IMG/VR virus record: IMGVR_UViG_2593339225_000003
Location: 32,001-96,000 of that record
Length of the DNA: 64,000 bases
Strand: one strand, 5' to 3'
From: a virus
Lineage: Duplodnaviria; Caudoviricetes
Positions 20,993-32,016 of this stretch are shown here, piece by piece. Position numbers and translations under genes: made by a program. Within the stretch, counting starts at the first letter, position 1. Each line of letters opens with the position of its first letter. Under the pieces are notes generated by a model, which had not been told where the DNA came from, did not search any database, and saw only the letters and a program-made list of their open reading frames with translations.

Positions 20993-21861
20993 TTCTTTTG
21001 TTTTTCCCTTTGATTTCTTCTATATTCACGGTAATACTTCCTTTTATACTCCAAATTACAAGTATCACATCTACAAGTACAGTTATCTTTGGAATTTACC
21101 TCAAACTCTTTGCCGCAATCAATACATTTAATGATTTTTACGAGCATTGGATTATATGATTTACAATTATTACAATATTTTTTATTACCATATTTATTCC
21201 CGCGAGTTAAAATCCCGCACTCAGCACATCGAATAAAATTGCCGCCCTTGTATTTCAAATACTCATATCCAAGTTCACGGAAGTCAGATACCAATAGCTT
21301 CTGTTCGCCCTCATTGTCGATGAATGTCACTCTCACACTGTTGTTTGCGTTTCGCAGCGGCAATTCAAGAAAACCATTATCGGTTAATTCACCGATACAT
21401 AATTCACGGTCAAATCGTTTAGAGGAAACCCGCGCCATTTTGAAAATATCCTTTGTGCTTTCATTTACCCAGCCGTCACTATTCGGGTTTCTTAACTGCC
21501 CAAGTTTGGCAAGACATAAGATTGTAAACATAACCCGCTCTTTTTCAGGATTATCAAGCGTAGCTATTTTTTCAAGCTCAGATTCCGTGATACTAACTCC
21601 CGCGAGTTCAAGTAACTCATACCTGTTTACATTCCTAACAATTTTATCTATGGTTTCCTCCCAAGTGAGTTTATCGTTTTGATAGCCAAAATAATTTTTC
21701 TGCATAAACTCATTTAGCAGTTTATTGATTTTGCTTTTCTTATATCCCAAACAGTGATAATAATACTTCGCAATCATAGATAATGTGAAAAACGGTTTTT
21801 CGCCGACATCGCCACTTTCAAGGTGTTCGATAGCATAATCTTTCTCATTTAATACAATCAT
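20989..21861 (-). CDS. Zn-finger/winged-helix-like hypothetical protein
   Basis: 290 aa with four C-terminal CxxC pairs; downstream of the RNAP gene. Confidence 0.65.
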   Translation of the reverse strand: MIVLNEKDYAIEHLESGDVGEKPFFTLSMIAKYYYHCLGYKKSKINKLLNEFMQKNYFGYQNDKLTWEETIDKIVRNVNRYELLELAGVSITESELEKIATLDNPEKERVMFTILCLAKLGQLRNPNSDGWVNESTKDIFKMARVSSKRFDRELCIGELTDNGFLELPLRNANNSVRVTFIDNEGEQKLLVSDFRELGYEYLKYKGGNFIRCAECGILTRGNKYGNKKYCNNCKSYNPMLVKIIKCIDCGKEFEVNSKDNCTCRCDTCNLEYKRKYYREYRRNQREKQKK

Positions 21862-22106
21862 TCTTCGTCACCTCCTTGTAAATGGCTTTCTTTTTCATTT
21901 AGAGGGGGCGTAGAGGCACATTTTTTTGTAAAACTACCCTCGGTAATGAAATTATATTCCTCAGTACCTTTTCTCGGTTTATGCCCACTTTTATAGGGGT
22001 ATAAAGGGCAAGTCTTAATATCGCACAGTTTTACCTCTGTTGGACTATCACAACAACAGTCAAGACACTTGGCGCGGATTGCCCTCATCGGGGTCAATTT
22101 TCCCAT
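21858..22106 (-). CDS. Small Cys-rich phage protein
   Basis: AIRAKCLDCC...EVKLC..KTCPLYPY motif. Confidence 0.65.
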   Translation of the reverse strand: MGKLTPMRAIRAKCLDCCCDSPTEVKLCDIKTCPLYPYKSGHKPRKGTEEYNFITEGSFTKKCASTPPLNEKESHLQGGDEE

Positions 22107-24894
22107 AATCCACCTCCAATTCTTTCATTGTAAACTGCCGACCACAATATTCAAACTCACCCTCGCCGGAAACCACTTGCGGGAAGTGAATTACATTATC
22201 ATTTCTCTGTAACAGATTTTTGATAATAACATCGCCGCATACATCCCAAGCAAACTTCTTTGAATTTTCACTTTGATAGCATAAATCCAAAACGATATTA
22301 CACATTTCTTCTTCACTCGGACAAATCTCAAAGCATTGCTTTCTGAAATGATTTATCATAATCATATAGTCCGCGAACTCCTGCTCTGAGGAAACCTTGC
22401 GCTCGGTTAGATTTTTCATATGGTTTTTGGTTTTGGCTTTATAATCATTAAAAATCTTTGAGATTCCTACATAGTCTGATTTGCTATATTCAGTTTTACT
22501 TTTCAAAATCGTATAATCAAACGGCTTTTGAGTTATTTTAATCATATATTCGCTGATATTAGATAAGCAATCTCTAAACGAATCCTCAAAAAACCAACAG
22601 ATACGATTTATTGTCGAGTCGCCGCAATCAACAGGGGAGAGTTTGTCGTAGAATTTTATGAAGTCCGACATCTCAGGCGATTGCGCGGGATAGTTACGAA
22701 TATCGTCTACGCACTTTATTCCATACTTACCATATTTGCGGATTGCTGAGTTATTATTGTTCTTAACGTATTTGTTGTATTCCGATTTGAGCTTGGGATA
22801 AACATAGCACATAAAGTAGGGTTTCTTTGTCGCGGCAATTCGCTCGTTGATTGTTTTCCAATCAATAACCTCTTGTGTATCATTTTCTTTTATTTTTAAG
22901 CTGCGCATTGAATACCAATACTCTGGCATAGACTTTGCAATAATTCCTTTGCATTTATCAATACAACACTGCTGAAAATGCTGCCCACATCTAATCCTGT
23001 ATGTCAACATTTCGTATTCAACAGAATCTTTTGGAAATCTATCACGTACAACCGTCATTGCTGTAACGTGGTTTGTAACTTCGCCTATTTCATCACTAAA
23101 CGCAAGTTTGTTGGCAGCAATAATATCTTCCTCTGAGGCAATAACCTTTTCTGCTCGTTTTTGTAAACAAATAATTGTAGGAAGATTATCGGTATTATCC
23201 AAAAGAACTCTATTATCCGTACAGAAGAAACTATCTCCGTCAAAATCGCACCCATTTTCCGCCTCTGCCGTAGAATCCCAATCATTGATAATGCAAGCCG
23301 TCTGAATATATCTAAACCAATAAGCAACAATATCTGATTTTACAAGTTTTAATTTCCTTATGTTGGAACTTTGACTCATTGGAGCGCGAAAACAAGCGAT
23401 TTCCTCCGCTCCTTTATCAATCCAATATTTGTGATAAACTTCTCCTGCCTTTAGTAATCCTGTAATCTCCAAACCAAAGATAGATTGCAATAAGGCATAA
23501 GGGTCTCCGCTAACCATAGCGAAATTTGCATTAATGCGAATTGCTCCGCGTTCGCCCATTTCAATCCGCTTGCGAATCATACTGTATATCTTTCTACGGA
23601 TGAATGGGTCGTTAATCATATCTGATTCAATCATTAACGCTTTAACATAACTCTCAGTATCTTTTGTGAAACAATTATCCTCAGTTAAACTAAATCCCGC
23701 GAGAAATGCTAAACTCTTTCTGTAATCCAAACCAATAACAGACTTTATTTCATCAACCGTCGGCTGACACAACTCTTTGATTTCCTCATCTGTGAATTGA
23801 TAGGATTGCAAAAACTGATAGTTTGTATCTCTTACGTTTTCAAGCTCTTGAGGCGTGGTTTTAGTTACTGCAAACTCATAATTGTTTTTTTGACAATTCT
23901 CAAAGTAATCTTCCCAACTGTCATATGAATCCCACAACTTTAACATAGATTCCGTAAGGATAACATCTGCTTCGCGGACATCGCGCTTTTGCCCCCAAAC
24001 ATCTATGATTTCGTATGTGCCGGCAATTTTTTCCGCAAACTCCACAAAATCCATAGTATAAAGCATCCCTTTAGTCCAAGCGTATCTAACAGTCATACCC
24101 GACAGGGTATCTTCACACCCTGTCAGGTAGCCGTTTACTTCGCGGGAGTATGAGGGAGACATTAACCCAAACCCATCCGAGCCGTTGTGTTCAATTTCAT
24201 AATCTTTCTCAAACGTCAGTTTTGGTTCTCCGTCACCGCTATCATCAATCACATAAACATCCTCTTTGAATTTCGTTATGCAATCCTTAACCACAATGAA
24301 ACCTTTTGGCATTGGCAGCGGAATTGAGCCAGAACAGATAAGGGCTTGATATGCTTCGAGCTTGGCGGGAACAAGCTTCATATCCATTTTCCTGCCGTTA
24401 TCTAATTTGCTTTTTATCTTGTCGTATAGAAGTTCATTGACATAGACAATAGTTGAGTTTTTGATACCGCCATTTGTGCCGAGCAAGCGGCGGTATTTTA
24501 CTGTATGATTGTTTTCGTATGTAATTGAAAATCCTTGATTGGCGCGGTCGTAATCCTTTTTGGAGTTCATAACCACACAAACATAATCTTGTTGGAATTG
24601 AAGATGATATAGAGTGTTATAGTAATTGCCAATCAATCGTTTGTTTTCAATGCTTTTGGGTTTCTTCTTGATATTGCGGATTCTTCTTTGTAAGTTATAG
24701 ATTTTCTCACTTACGTTTTCCGCGCCGTTGATTTCATCTATAAATCTCAGACATTGACTATCGTTCAGAGCCACAATAACGCTTGGACATTCTTTCCACG
24801 CGGTTTCAAGCGGGAGGTTAAGTTTCCACTTGTTCCGCTTCAACATTTTGCTCTCTATTTTGTATATGAGCTTATGTGGGCTTTTTTGCTCCAC
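22060..24894 (-). CDS. yonO: YonO-like single-subunit RNA polymerase (double-psi beta-barrel)
   Basis: 944 aa; catalytic GCDFDGD, upstream FRAP, DGFGL and IDKCKG motifs; heads the late-gene arm as in SPbeta. Confidence 0.85.
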   Translation of the reverse strand: MEQKSPHKLIYKIESKMLKRNKWKLNLPLETAWKECPSVIVALNDSQCLRFIDEINGAENVSEKIYNLQRRIRNIKKKPKSIENKRLIGNYYNTLYHLQFQQDYVCVVMNSKKDYDRANQGFSITYENNHTVKYRRLLGTNGGIKNSTIVYVNELLYDKIKSKLDNGRKMDMKLVPAKLEAYQALICSGSIPLPMPKGFIVVKDCITKFKEDVYVIDDSGDGEPKLTFEKDYEIEHNGSDGFGLMSPSYSREVNGYLTGCEDTLSGMTVRYAWTKGMLYTMDFVEFAEKIAGTYEIIDVWGQKRDVREADVILTESMLKLWDSYDSWEDYFENCQKNNYEFAVTKTTPQELENVRDTNYQFLQSYQFTDEEIKELCQPTVDEIKSVIGLDYRKSLAFLAGFSLTEDNCFTKDTESYVKALMIESDMINDPFIRRKIYSMIRKRIEMGERGAIRINANFAMVSGDPYALLQSIFGLEITGLLKAGEVYHKYWIDKGAEEIACFRAPMSQSSNIRKLKLVKSDIVAYWFRYIQTACIINDWDSTAEAENGCDFDGDSFFCTDNRVLLDNTDNLPTIICLQKRAEKVIASEEDIIAANKLAFSDEIGEVTNHVTAMTVVRDRFPKDSVEYEMLTYRIRCGQHFQQCCIDKCKGIIAKSMPEYWYSMRSLKIKENDTQEVIDWKTINERIAATKKPYFMCYVYPKLKSEYNKYVKNNNNSAIRKYGKYGIKCVDDIRNYPAQSPEMSDFIKFYDKLSPVDCGDSTINRICWFFEDSFRDCLSNISEYMIKITQKPFDYTILKSKTEYSKSDYVGISKIFNDYKAKTKNHMKNLTERKVSSEQEFADYMIMINHFRKQCFEICPSEEEMCNIVLDLCYQSENSKKFAWDVCGDVIIKNLLQRNDNVIHFPQVVSGEGEFEYCGRQFTMKELEVDYGKIDPDEGNPRQVS

Positions 24895-25376
24895 TCACAT
24901 ACCTCCCTCGCGGAGTTTAATTCCGTTCCGTCTTGTTTGTAACATTTGATTAATAGATAACCCTGCCGTTCGCCTTGAGGCAAAGTCTTGGTTAATTCAA
25001 TATCATAAAATCCATCGCCGGGAGAAACGTTGCCCAACTTCCAAACAAGCTCGTCCTCGGCATACAAGTTCATTTGAAAGTAGCAGTTGTTTTCTCGCGG
25101 GTTATAAAGATTAACCTTCTGTTCTTTTTGGTTGGCAATAAAAATCATTTCTTTTATGCCGGGAACAGCGATGGCAGGTTTATTATCAACTGTTGGTTTT
25201 GATACTTCTTGCTCTCCGTTCCAAGTAACAGCGGCATCATCAGGATTTAGATTTTGCGCCGGCTGTTCGTTCCCGCATTTAGAAAACAATAGGATAACTA
25301 AAACCAAACAGGCGATTAGTAAGATAACCACAATGGGTATAAGTTTGTTCTTTTTCTTAATATCAATATTAAACAT
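24855..25376 (-). CDS. Membrane-anchored hypothetical protein
   Basis: N-terminal KKK plus hydrophobic helix; 3' end overlaps the RNAP start by 40 nt. Confidence 0.5.
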   Translation of the reverse strand: MFNIDIKKKNKLIPIVVILLIACLVLVILLFSKCGNEQPAQNLNPDDAAVTWNGEQEVSKPTVDNKPAIAVPGIKEMIFIANQKEQKVNLYNPRENNCYFQMNLYAEDELVWKLGNVSPGDGFYDIELTKTLPQGERQGYLLIKCYKQDGTELNSAREVCEWSKKAHISSYTK

Positions 25377-25385
25377 TTGTGCTAT

Positions 25386-25706
25386 TTATTTTAGAGATAT
25401 GCGGAAACAGCGTTCAGACTGTAACCATTGAACCTCTAACCTTTCTTTCTCATATTTTAGTAAATCCGCTATTTGATATATGTAATAACAGTAATCAACC
25501 TCTCCGCGCCGGATGTTCCTCAAAATGTTATTGATAAAGCTGCAATAATTCTGATACTGAGTTTTACCGTGATATGAACCATAAGAGGGAGTATCGGGGA
25601 TTACCCTCATTCTGTCCTCTTGCGCGGGAATGACTGTTCGTTTAAGGTTTTCAAAATCAGATAGCCATTCTTCGTTCGTGTATTCTTTGGGCGGTCTATC
25701 GTTCAA
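25386..25706 (-). CDS. Hypothetical protein
   Basis: 106 aa, AGGAGG RBS, first gene after the minus-strand promoter. Confidence 0.6.
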   Translation of the reverse strand: MNDRPPKEYTNEEWLSDFENLKRTVIPAQEDRMRVIPDTPSYGSYHGKTQYQNYCSFINNILRNIRRGEVDYCYYIYQIADLLKYEKERLEVQWLQSERCFRISLK

Positions 25707-25779
25707 TCATAAGCACCTCCTTTCTTTGTTTGTAAATGTAGTCCCACCTCGCGGCGGTTTATTTATTCAATCCATAGCT

Positions 25780-25830
25780 ATTGTAACACTTTACAAAAGT
25801 TTTGTCAATATGTTTTTTGCTATTTACATT
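25780..25830 (-). promoter_or_regulatory. sigmaA promoter of the RNAP operon with operator-like motif
   Basis: TTGACA-17-TACAAT on the minus strand, preceded by GTAAATAGCAAAAAACATA. Confidence 0.7.
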
Positions 25831-25907
25831 AATTTTTTTTATTTTTTTGTAGAAGCCACAGAGGGAAGTCTGCGAACTCCGCCGGATTTTTGCATTATAA
25901 AGTAAAT

Positions 25908-26106
<199 letters not shown>

Positions 26107-26728
26107 CTTCCCTACCTGACGGTAGGGTATATTTTTAACCAACATTCGGATTATTTTTTGCATAAATTCGGAATAGTTTATCACGCAAATTTCGCGGGTT
26201 ATCTGTTAAAACATAATCCGAAAAACCATATCAGCTAAATTCTGCGGGATAAGAAACCGTCTAAAATAGAGGGATTGTGATTACTGTTCTGATGTGGTTT
26301 TTATAGGTGGTTTTCGATAATCGAATTTTTTGGGCAGTAAACCCTCTATTTTCGCGGAGTAGCTATTAAGGAATGACTGTTTCGGTATGTATTGCAAAAC
26401 GTCTATTTATGGTGACTTGTAATGAAAAATTTGATTTTTCGGTAAACCTCTATTTTTGAGGGATAGGATGGGGTTTGGTTAGTAGAAGAAATGTGGATAG
26501 AATGGGACACATAACACTCCTGACGGTAACGCTTTATCGCTTTACTATGTTAAAGCCCCCCTCTATTTTTGGGCTATTCCGGCGGTATCTTCATATTTGT
26601 GCATTTTATGAAGTTGATTTTTGACTATAAAACATTTATTTTATTGTGATATTATTCTATTTTAGCAATATACAATTTGTAATTCTGATTATATAACATT
26701 TTGTATAGTTTTAGATTTTTCGGGAAGG

Positions 26729-26990
26729 TGTAAAGTAAATTACTTTACATTGTTAAATTTTTAACAATCTTTTACAATATTTTATATTTGTTTACAATCT
26801 TTTACCGCTTTTTACATTGACAAAACTTTAACAATCTTTACCATCTCAATACATTGACAAAAAATTAACAATCTTTTGCATAACATTGTTATTAATTTAA
26901 CAATCTTTTTAGCAGCAATAATATTTTAACATATTAAAGCGTTAAATCATAACCCGCGCGTTATATTGTTAATATTTTAACAATCTTTAG
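26729..26990. repeat. About 6 copies of TTAACAATCTTT plus palindrome TGTAAAGTAA-A-TTACTTTACA
   Basis: Copies near 26761, 26792, 26828, 26865, 26897 and 26977 in a very AT-rich non-coding region. Confidence 0.7.
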
Positions 26991-27333
26991 CATATAAATA
27001 TATTTTAGCACTATACCATATTAAAATATTTATATCTAACCCGGCAGCCGTCCAGGAACTTATATCTGACTCCCGCGCTAAATATCCATATTATTCTAAT
27101 ATGCTTTTATTTTATTTGTATTGCGTTTTATTATTTGATTATATATTTATATTACTAATATATATTTAATATAAATACGCTTTGATGCTTGCACAAATAG
27201 AGCTATTTATATTTAGTTATACCGGCGCAATTATACCGATATAATAGAGTTGTGCATATTATACAATTACATTATACTTGCATTGTGCAATGTGACAAAT
27301 CAATAATTTTTCAAAAAAATTTCAAAAAAAGTA

Positions 27334-27455
27334 TTGACATAGTATTAATAGTATGTTATATTATAGGTACAGTAAATCACACAAAACATCTACACAAAAA
27401 ATTATTAAAAAACTTTCAAAAAACTATTGACATACTATTAATAGTATGTTATAAT
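27334..27455 (+). promoter_or_regulatory. Tandem sigmaA promoters starting the early arm
   Basis: TTGACA-17-TATATT (27334-27362) and TTGACA-17-TATAAT (27427-27455) with near-identical spacers. Confidence 0.8.
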
Positions 27456-27488
27456 TAAATCAAGATAAGAGAAGGGAGACAAACAAAA

Positions 27489-27806
27489 ATGATTAAAACA
27501 TTATTTACAATAGGCTTATATGATAAAGATACAGAAACACAAATCATAAAAGCCGGCGATGCTAAAAAGATTATAGCAAATACATTATTAAACCAGTATA
27601 ATATTTTTGCATTTACAATGATGGATGCCGAAGGCGTTTACAAGATGGGCAGCACGGGCAATATTATTTTTGAGCCGTCCATCCGCGTAGAAATTGCAAG
27701 CGATGCCGATATTCCCGCCGCGCAAATTTGCGAGACGCTCAAAGAATTATTAAATCAAGAAACAATAATGACGGAGCGGGAGGAGGTCAATATTTCTTTC
27801 ATCTAA
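27489..27806 (+). CDS. Early hypothetical protein
   Basis: 105 aa, GGGAG RBS after the promoters. Confidence 0.65.
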   Translation: MIKTLFTIGLYDKDTETQIIKAGDAKKIIANTLLNQYNIFAFTMMDAEGVYKMGSTGNIIFEPSIRVEIASDADIPAAQICETLKELLNQETIMTEREEVNISFI

Positions 27807-28095
27807 AAGTAAATAGCACAAAACATATAAACAAATAACGCCGGCGCGATGCCGGTACTCCCGCAAAAATAGCAAGCCTTGACGCGGCGCGGGAGCTTAT
27901 ACAAACTAATTGCTATTAAATTATAGGAGGCTATTATGCAGGAATTAACAAGAAATTATTTTGATGCTTTAATTAGTATAGGGTACAAATATATTGTTAC
28001 CCGTGACGGATGTTATTATTCAGAAATTCACGCCGGCAACGATGCCGAGGCAATAGAAAAATTTAATAATAGAGAATACTAAGGAGGTTATTACT

Positions 28096-28497
28096 ATGTT
28101 AAATATTGATACTTTAAGAAATAAAGTTGAAACAAGGCAAGCCCGCAGCGCGTGGAGTCGCGGAGTTCGTGAGTATGCGCTTGAGCTTGTGGACGAATAC
28201 GAGGAAGCCCGCAACTATAACGAACGCGATGCCCGCGATACTGCCGAGCTTAAAAAGTGGATGCTCAACGGCGCGAGCGACTGGGAACAATATTCTTGGG
28301 GAGGTTGCAGCCTGATTTATAACGGGGATATCGCAGAAAGACTCTGCACGCCGTCGGAGCTGAAAAAGACAAGAAACGGCGAACGCCGCCCGAACGCTCG
28401 GGAGGAATGGTTAGACACGCAAGCCCGCGCATTATATCAAGCCGCCGCCCGTGTGTGCTACGCCTTCCGCGAGATGATGGAAGAAACAACAAAATAA
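28096..28497 (+). CDS. Early hypothetical protein
   Basis: 133 aa, AAGGAGG RBS, LNGASDWEQYSWGGCSLIY motif. Confidence 0.7.
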   Translation: MLNIDTLRNKVETRQARSAWSRGVREYALELVDEYEEARNYNERDARDTAELKKWMLNGASDWEQYSWGGCSLIYNGDIAERLCTPSELKKTRNGERRPNAREEWLDTQARALYQAAARVCYAFREMMEETTK

Positions 28498-28615
28498 ATA
28501 TATACAAATGCAGAGCATACCGCGCGGGAGCGTGAGGAGGTGACAGACTCCCGCCGGTATAATGCAGCCAGGCGGAGCGTTGCAAGCCGCTGCCAAATTT
28601 CAAGGAGGTATTACT

Positions 28616-29185
28616 ATGAAAAAATATACAATCTGGTGTGATGTCGTTTTTATGACATCGGAAGAAGTGGAAAACTATGCGCGAGATATCCGCGAGATTT
28701 GCGCGGAAATGGACGAGGAAACGCCGGAAGGCTATGCAATGGACGAACGCATCGCGGAAGATAATGCAATGCGCCTTGACGACGAGCGCGAAAATCTGGA
28801 AGGCATCGACCTGCCGGAGTCCATCCTCTGCGTTGCCGACATCGGAAGATGGAACGGGCGCGTCTGTGGTTATCGCGAATTTGATGACCTTGAAAGCTGC
28901 CTTTATTCAAACGTGGGCGAAATTTCATATTGTGAATGGTATGTTGACCAGTACGGAAATTTACGCGGAACAGAAGCCCATCACGACGGCACAAACGCCT
29001 ATTTATACAGAATGTGGAAGCCCGGACTCTCTGACGGACAGAAGGAAAAATTGCTTTATAAAATCTACTGCGGAAAAGCAACAACGGCAGATATTAACCG
29101 CTATACGGTCAGACTCGGCGACTATATAGGCGCGGTTTACGGTTGGAAATTCCGCGGGACTGCTCCGGCGTGTGTAAGAGTATAA
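28616..29185 (+). CDS. Early hypothetical protein
   Basis: AAGGAGG RBS before ATG 28616; ADIGRWNGR and HHDGTN motifs. Confidence 0.7.
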   Translation: MKKYTIWCDVVFMTSEEVENYARDIREICAEMDEETPEGYAMDERIAEDNAMRLDDERENLEGIDLPESILCVADIGRWNGRVCGYREFDDLESCLYSNVGEISYCEWYVDQYGNLRGTEAHHDGTNAYLYRMWKPGLSDGQKEKLLYKIYCGKATTADINRYTVRLGDYIGAVYGWKFRGTAPACVRV

Positions 29186-29213
29186 CACGGAAAAATTGAC
29201 AAGGAGGAAATAA

Positions 29214-31895
29214 ATGGAAACTTTAAGAGTTTACGGAATGAAGAACGGCGCGGAGTCCTTATTATTCGCAAATCTTGCCGAACATCCAAACTGCATTGAA
29301 AATGCGAAAAGAACGGCAACGAAGAACGGCTACAAAATCAGCCGCGCGGTACGGATTGGCACACATCGTAATTGCTTTACTGATGAGGATGTCACGGAAA
29401 AATTCTTGACAGCCTAAAATAAATAGCACAAAACATAAACAAAAGAAATGAGGTATTTGAAATGGTTGGAAAAATTATTATCATTGCCGTCGGAATCGCT
29501 TATATCGTTTTTAACTGCATTGTCAGCAAGCGGATGTCGGCAAAGGAAATGGCGGGAAAGTTTATTGCCGGTCAGAATGTTGTCGGAAGAATCGCAACAA
29601 ACATCTTTTATTCTCCGGCGTGGCTGCTAAAGGGTATCAAGTTTTTAGCGGTCAATCTCATTAAATAATTACATAGCTGTGCTATCGGCTTGACGGGCAA
29701 ATTAAAACACAATTAAAGCGATTATATATTGACCGTTTTAATTATGGTTTAACGGAAAAATTCAAAGGAGTGAACGAAATGGCAAAGGGAATTAAATGTA
29801 CAGTAATTTGCAATACAAAGTGGGGTTATTGTATGACTCCGCGCGAATGTAAGAGCATCAGAGAAGCCGTCCGATACGCGAAAGACCTGGGAATGGCTTA
29901 TAGAGTATTTGTTGACGGAAAAGTTGTAAAATCAGGATGGTAAACAAGGAGGAATCACTATGTCATTAGCAGAACTTAAAAGACAGGCGCGAGCCGGCAA
30001 AATCAAATTTGAATTAACCGAACGCTTCGGCAAAACCGGTGATGAAATCCCTGATTTTTGTCGCGGAATCCGCGAGGTTGCAAGGGTCAATACAGTTGCA
30101 ATTATTCTTGTGACCGCCGACGGAAAAGAAAGCGAGTTGAGGTTTAACGGCGCAAAGCTGGTTGAATATGATGGAAAATCTCTGACTATCTATGCCGCCG
30201 GAGAACGCGACGTAACACCGGAGGAACAGTCCGTACTTGACGGCGCACAGAAAATCCGTGACAGACATATGAAAGTAAATCCGTATGGTAACGGCGGATT
30301 TTGGGAGTGCAAACATTATTTTGCAAACAGCTCTTGTCCGTGGATGGCAGGATATGAAACGGTGCGCGGCAAACGCTATAACTATAACGGAAAAGTCGTT
30401 GACAATTCCGTAAGGGGTAGAGCTATTCTGCGCTATACAATCCATCAGGTTTAAGGAGGAAAATATGGCAAACAGAATCCCGCGACATATCACAGAAATG
30501 GACGTTGAATTTTTGACAGCAACATCCGCCGGAAATCCCGGTACAAAAATGAAAGCGAAAAAAGATGAATACGGCTGGCACGGCACAGATAAAAATGGAA
30601 AAAGTTGGTCATTATTTCCGTCACATCTCCGTTGCTCTGAGCTTTGCAGATTATCGAATATGAAATAATCAAGGAGGAAAATATGCTCGAACCCAGACAA
30701 AGAACGGCACTGGACGGCAAGGTTTGGTGGTGTGTGTTCGATACAGAGAAACAAAAGTATTCAACGCTTTTGTGTTTCGGAAAATACAAGAAAAAGCGCG
30801 ATGCGGCATATGCAATTCAGAGAGCCGCAGAATAAGGAGAGGTGAGATTATGCCGCTGATTATTATTATCGGAATCCTCGCGGTTTGCGGAGCGGCGGGA
30901 GCTGCCGGCGCAGACCGACACAAACACTACACGCACAAAGACACGGAAAATATGCTAATCGAGATGACCGGCAAAAGCAAAAGAGAGTGCCGCAAAATCT
31001 TAAAACGATACGGCAGAAAATAAGACAAGGAGGGCAAAATGGATAGATGTATTCTAAAGAATAAGGACGTTGAGGCACTGTTCGCGTGGCGCGACAGGAA
31101 TAAAGACCTTGTAAGGCGCGGCGCAAATCCGATGAAAGGCATCGAGGTCATTTTGCCCGACGTAAAATCAAGGGTCAAATATCTACGAACGGAAAATATA
31201 TTAAACATCCATTATGTTGTGGCTAATGAATCATTCAATTATAAAATTGAAATCATTACAGGCAAATGGAAAATCGCAAAGCAGCCCGCCAAAGGTTTCG
31301 GCGCACAACAAACATTCATCGAGGATATTGTCGGAATGTATTTTGCGCTTATGGCTCTAATAGTCTATGGCGACGATGTGCAATATACAGAGCAGGAACT
31401 TGATATTATTGATAGCATCACAACGGAAAAATCGAAAGCAAAGCCCGCGCAAAAGCAAACACACATCAAGCGCGACAATGTGATTTATCTTTTCAACAAA
31501 GAGCCTTCGGGCAAACTGAGCGTAAAGCGGAAAGGCGAGAGACGTTCTCCGCGCGGTCAATTCAATGTGCGCGGACATTTCAGACACTTAAAGGGCGGTA
31601 AGGTCATTTGGATTGCCGAGTATAAAAAAGGAACAGGCACAAAGAAAAACAAAATATACAAGCTGTAAAGGAGCAGACAATGAAAAAATTAAAGCAGATT
31701 ATAGACGGAGCATATAATGAGGGCAAAATCCCGCGAGGTTTGTCTCTGACGGATTTTCGCCTGTTAGAGAGTATCTATATTAACCTAACGGAAAAACGCT
31801 CATACGAGTTCATACAGGCGACTATACTGCCAATTCTTGACCGCTGCAAAATCAAATATAAGGTGCGCGGCATCGGTTGGATTGTCGGCGCATAA
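29214..31895 (+). other. Run of small early hypothetical genes (29214, 29462, 29960, 30465, ~30683, ~30850, 31039, 31680)
   Basis: Closely packed plus-strand ORFs, each with an AGGAG-type RBS; 31039-31668 carries a VRGHFR...WI motif common in phage proteins. Confidence 0.6.
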
Positions 31896-31920
31896 CCCGC
31901 AAAATTTTTTCAAAAAACTA

Positions 31921-31949
31921 TTGACATAATATTCATAGTATGTTATAAT
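31921..31949 (+). promoter_or_regulatory. sigmaA promoter
   Basis: TTGACA-17-TATAAT. Confidence 0.75.
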
Positions 31950-32016
31950 GGTTAGCGTAATGAGGGAGCGGAAATCCCCCTTGTATTTCAAAATCTAAAG
32001 TAAATAACACAAAACA

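Noticed and set aside
127-25431. Plus-strand ORFs antisense to the structural arm, and minus-strand ORFs antisense to the early arm
   Set aside because: They are shadow frames of well-supported genes on the opposite strand
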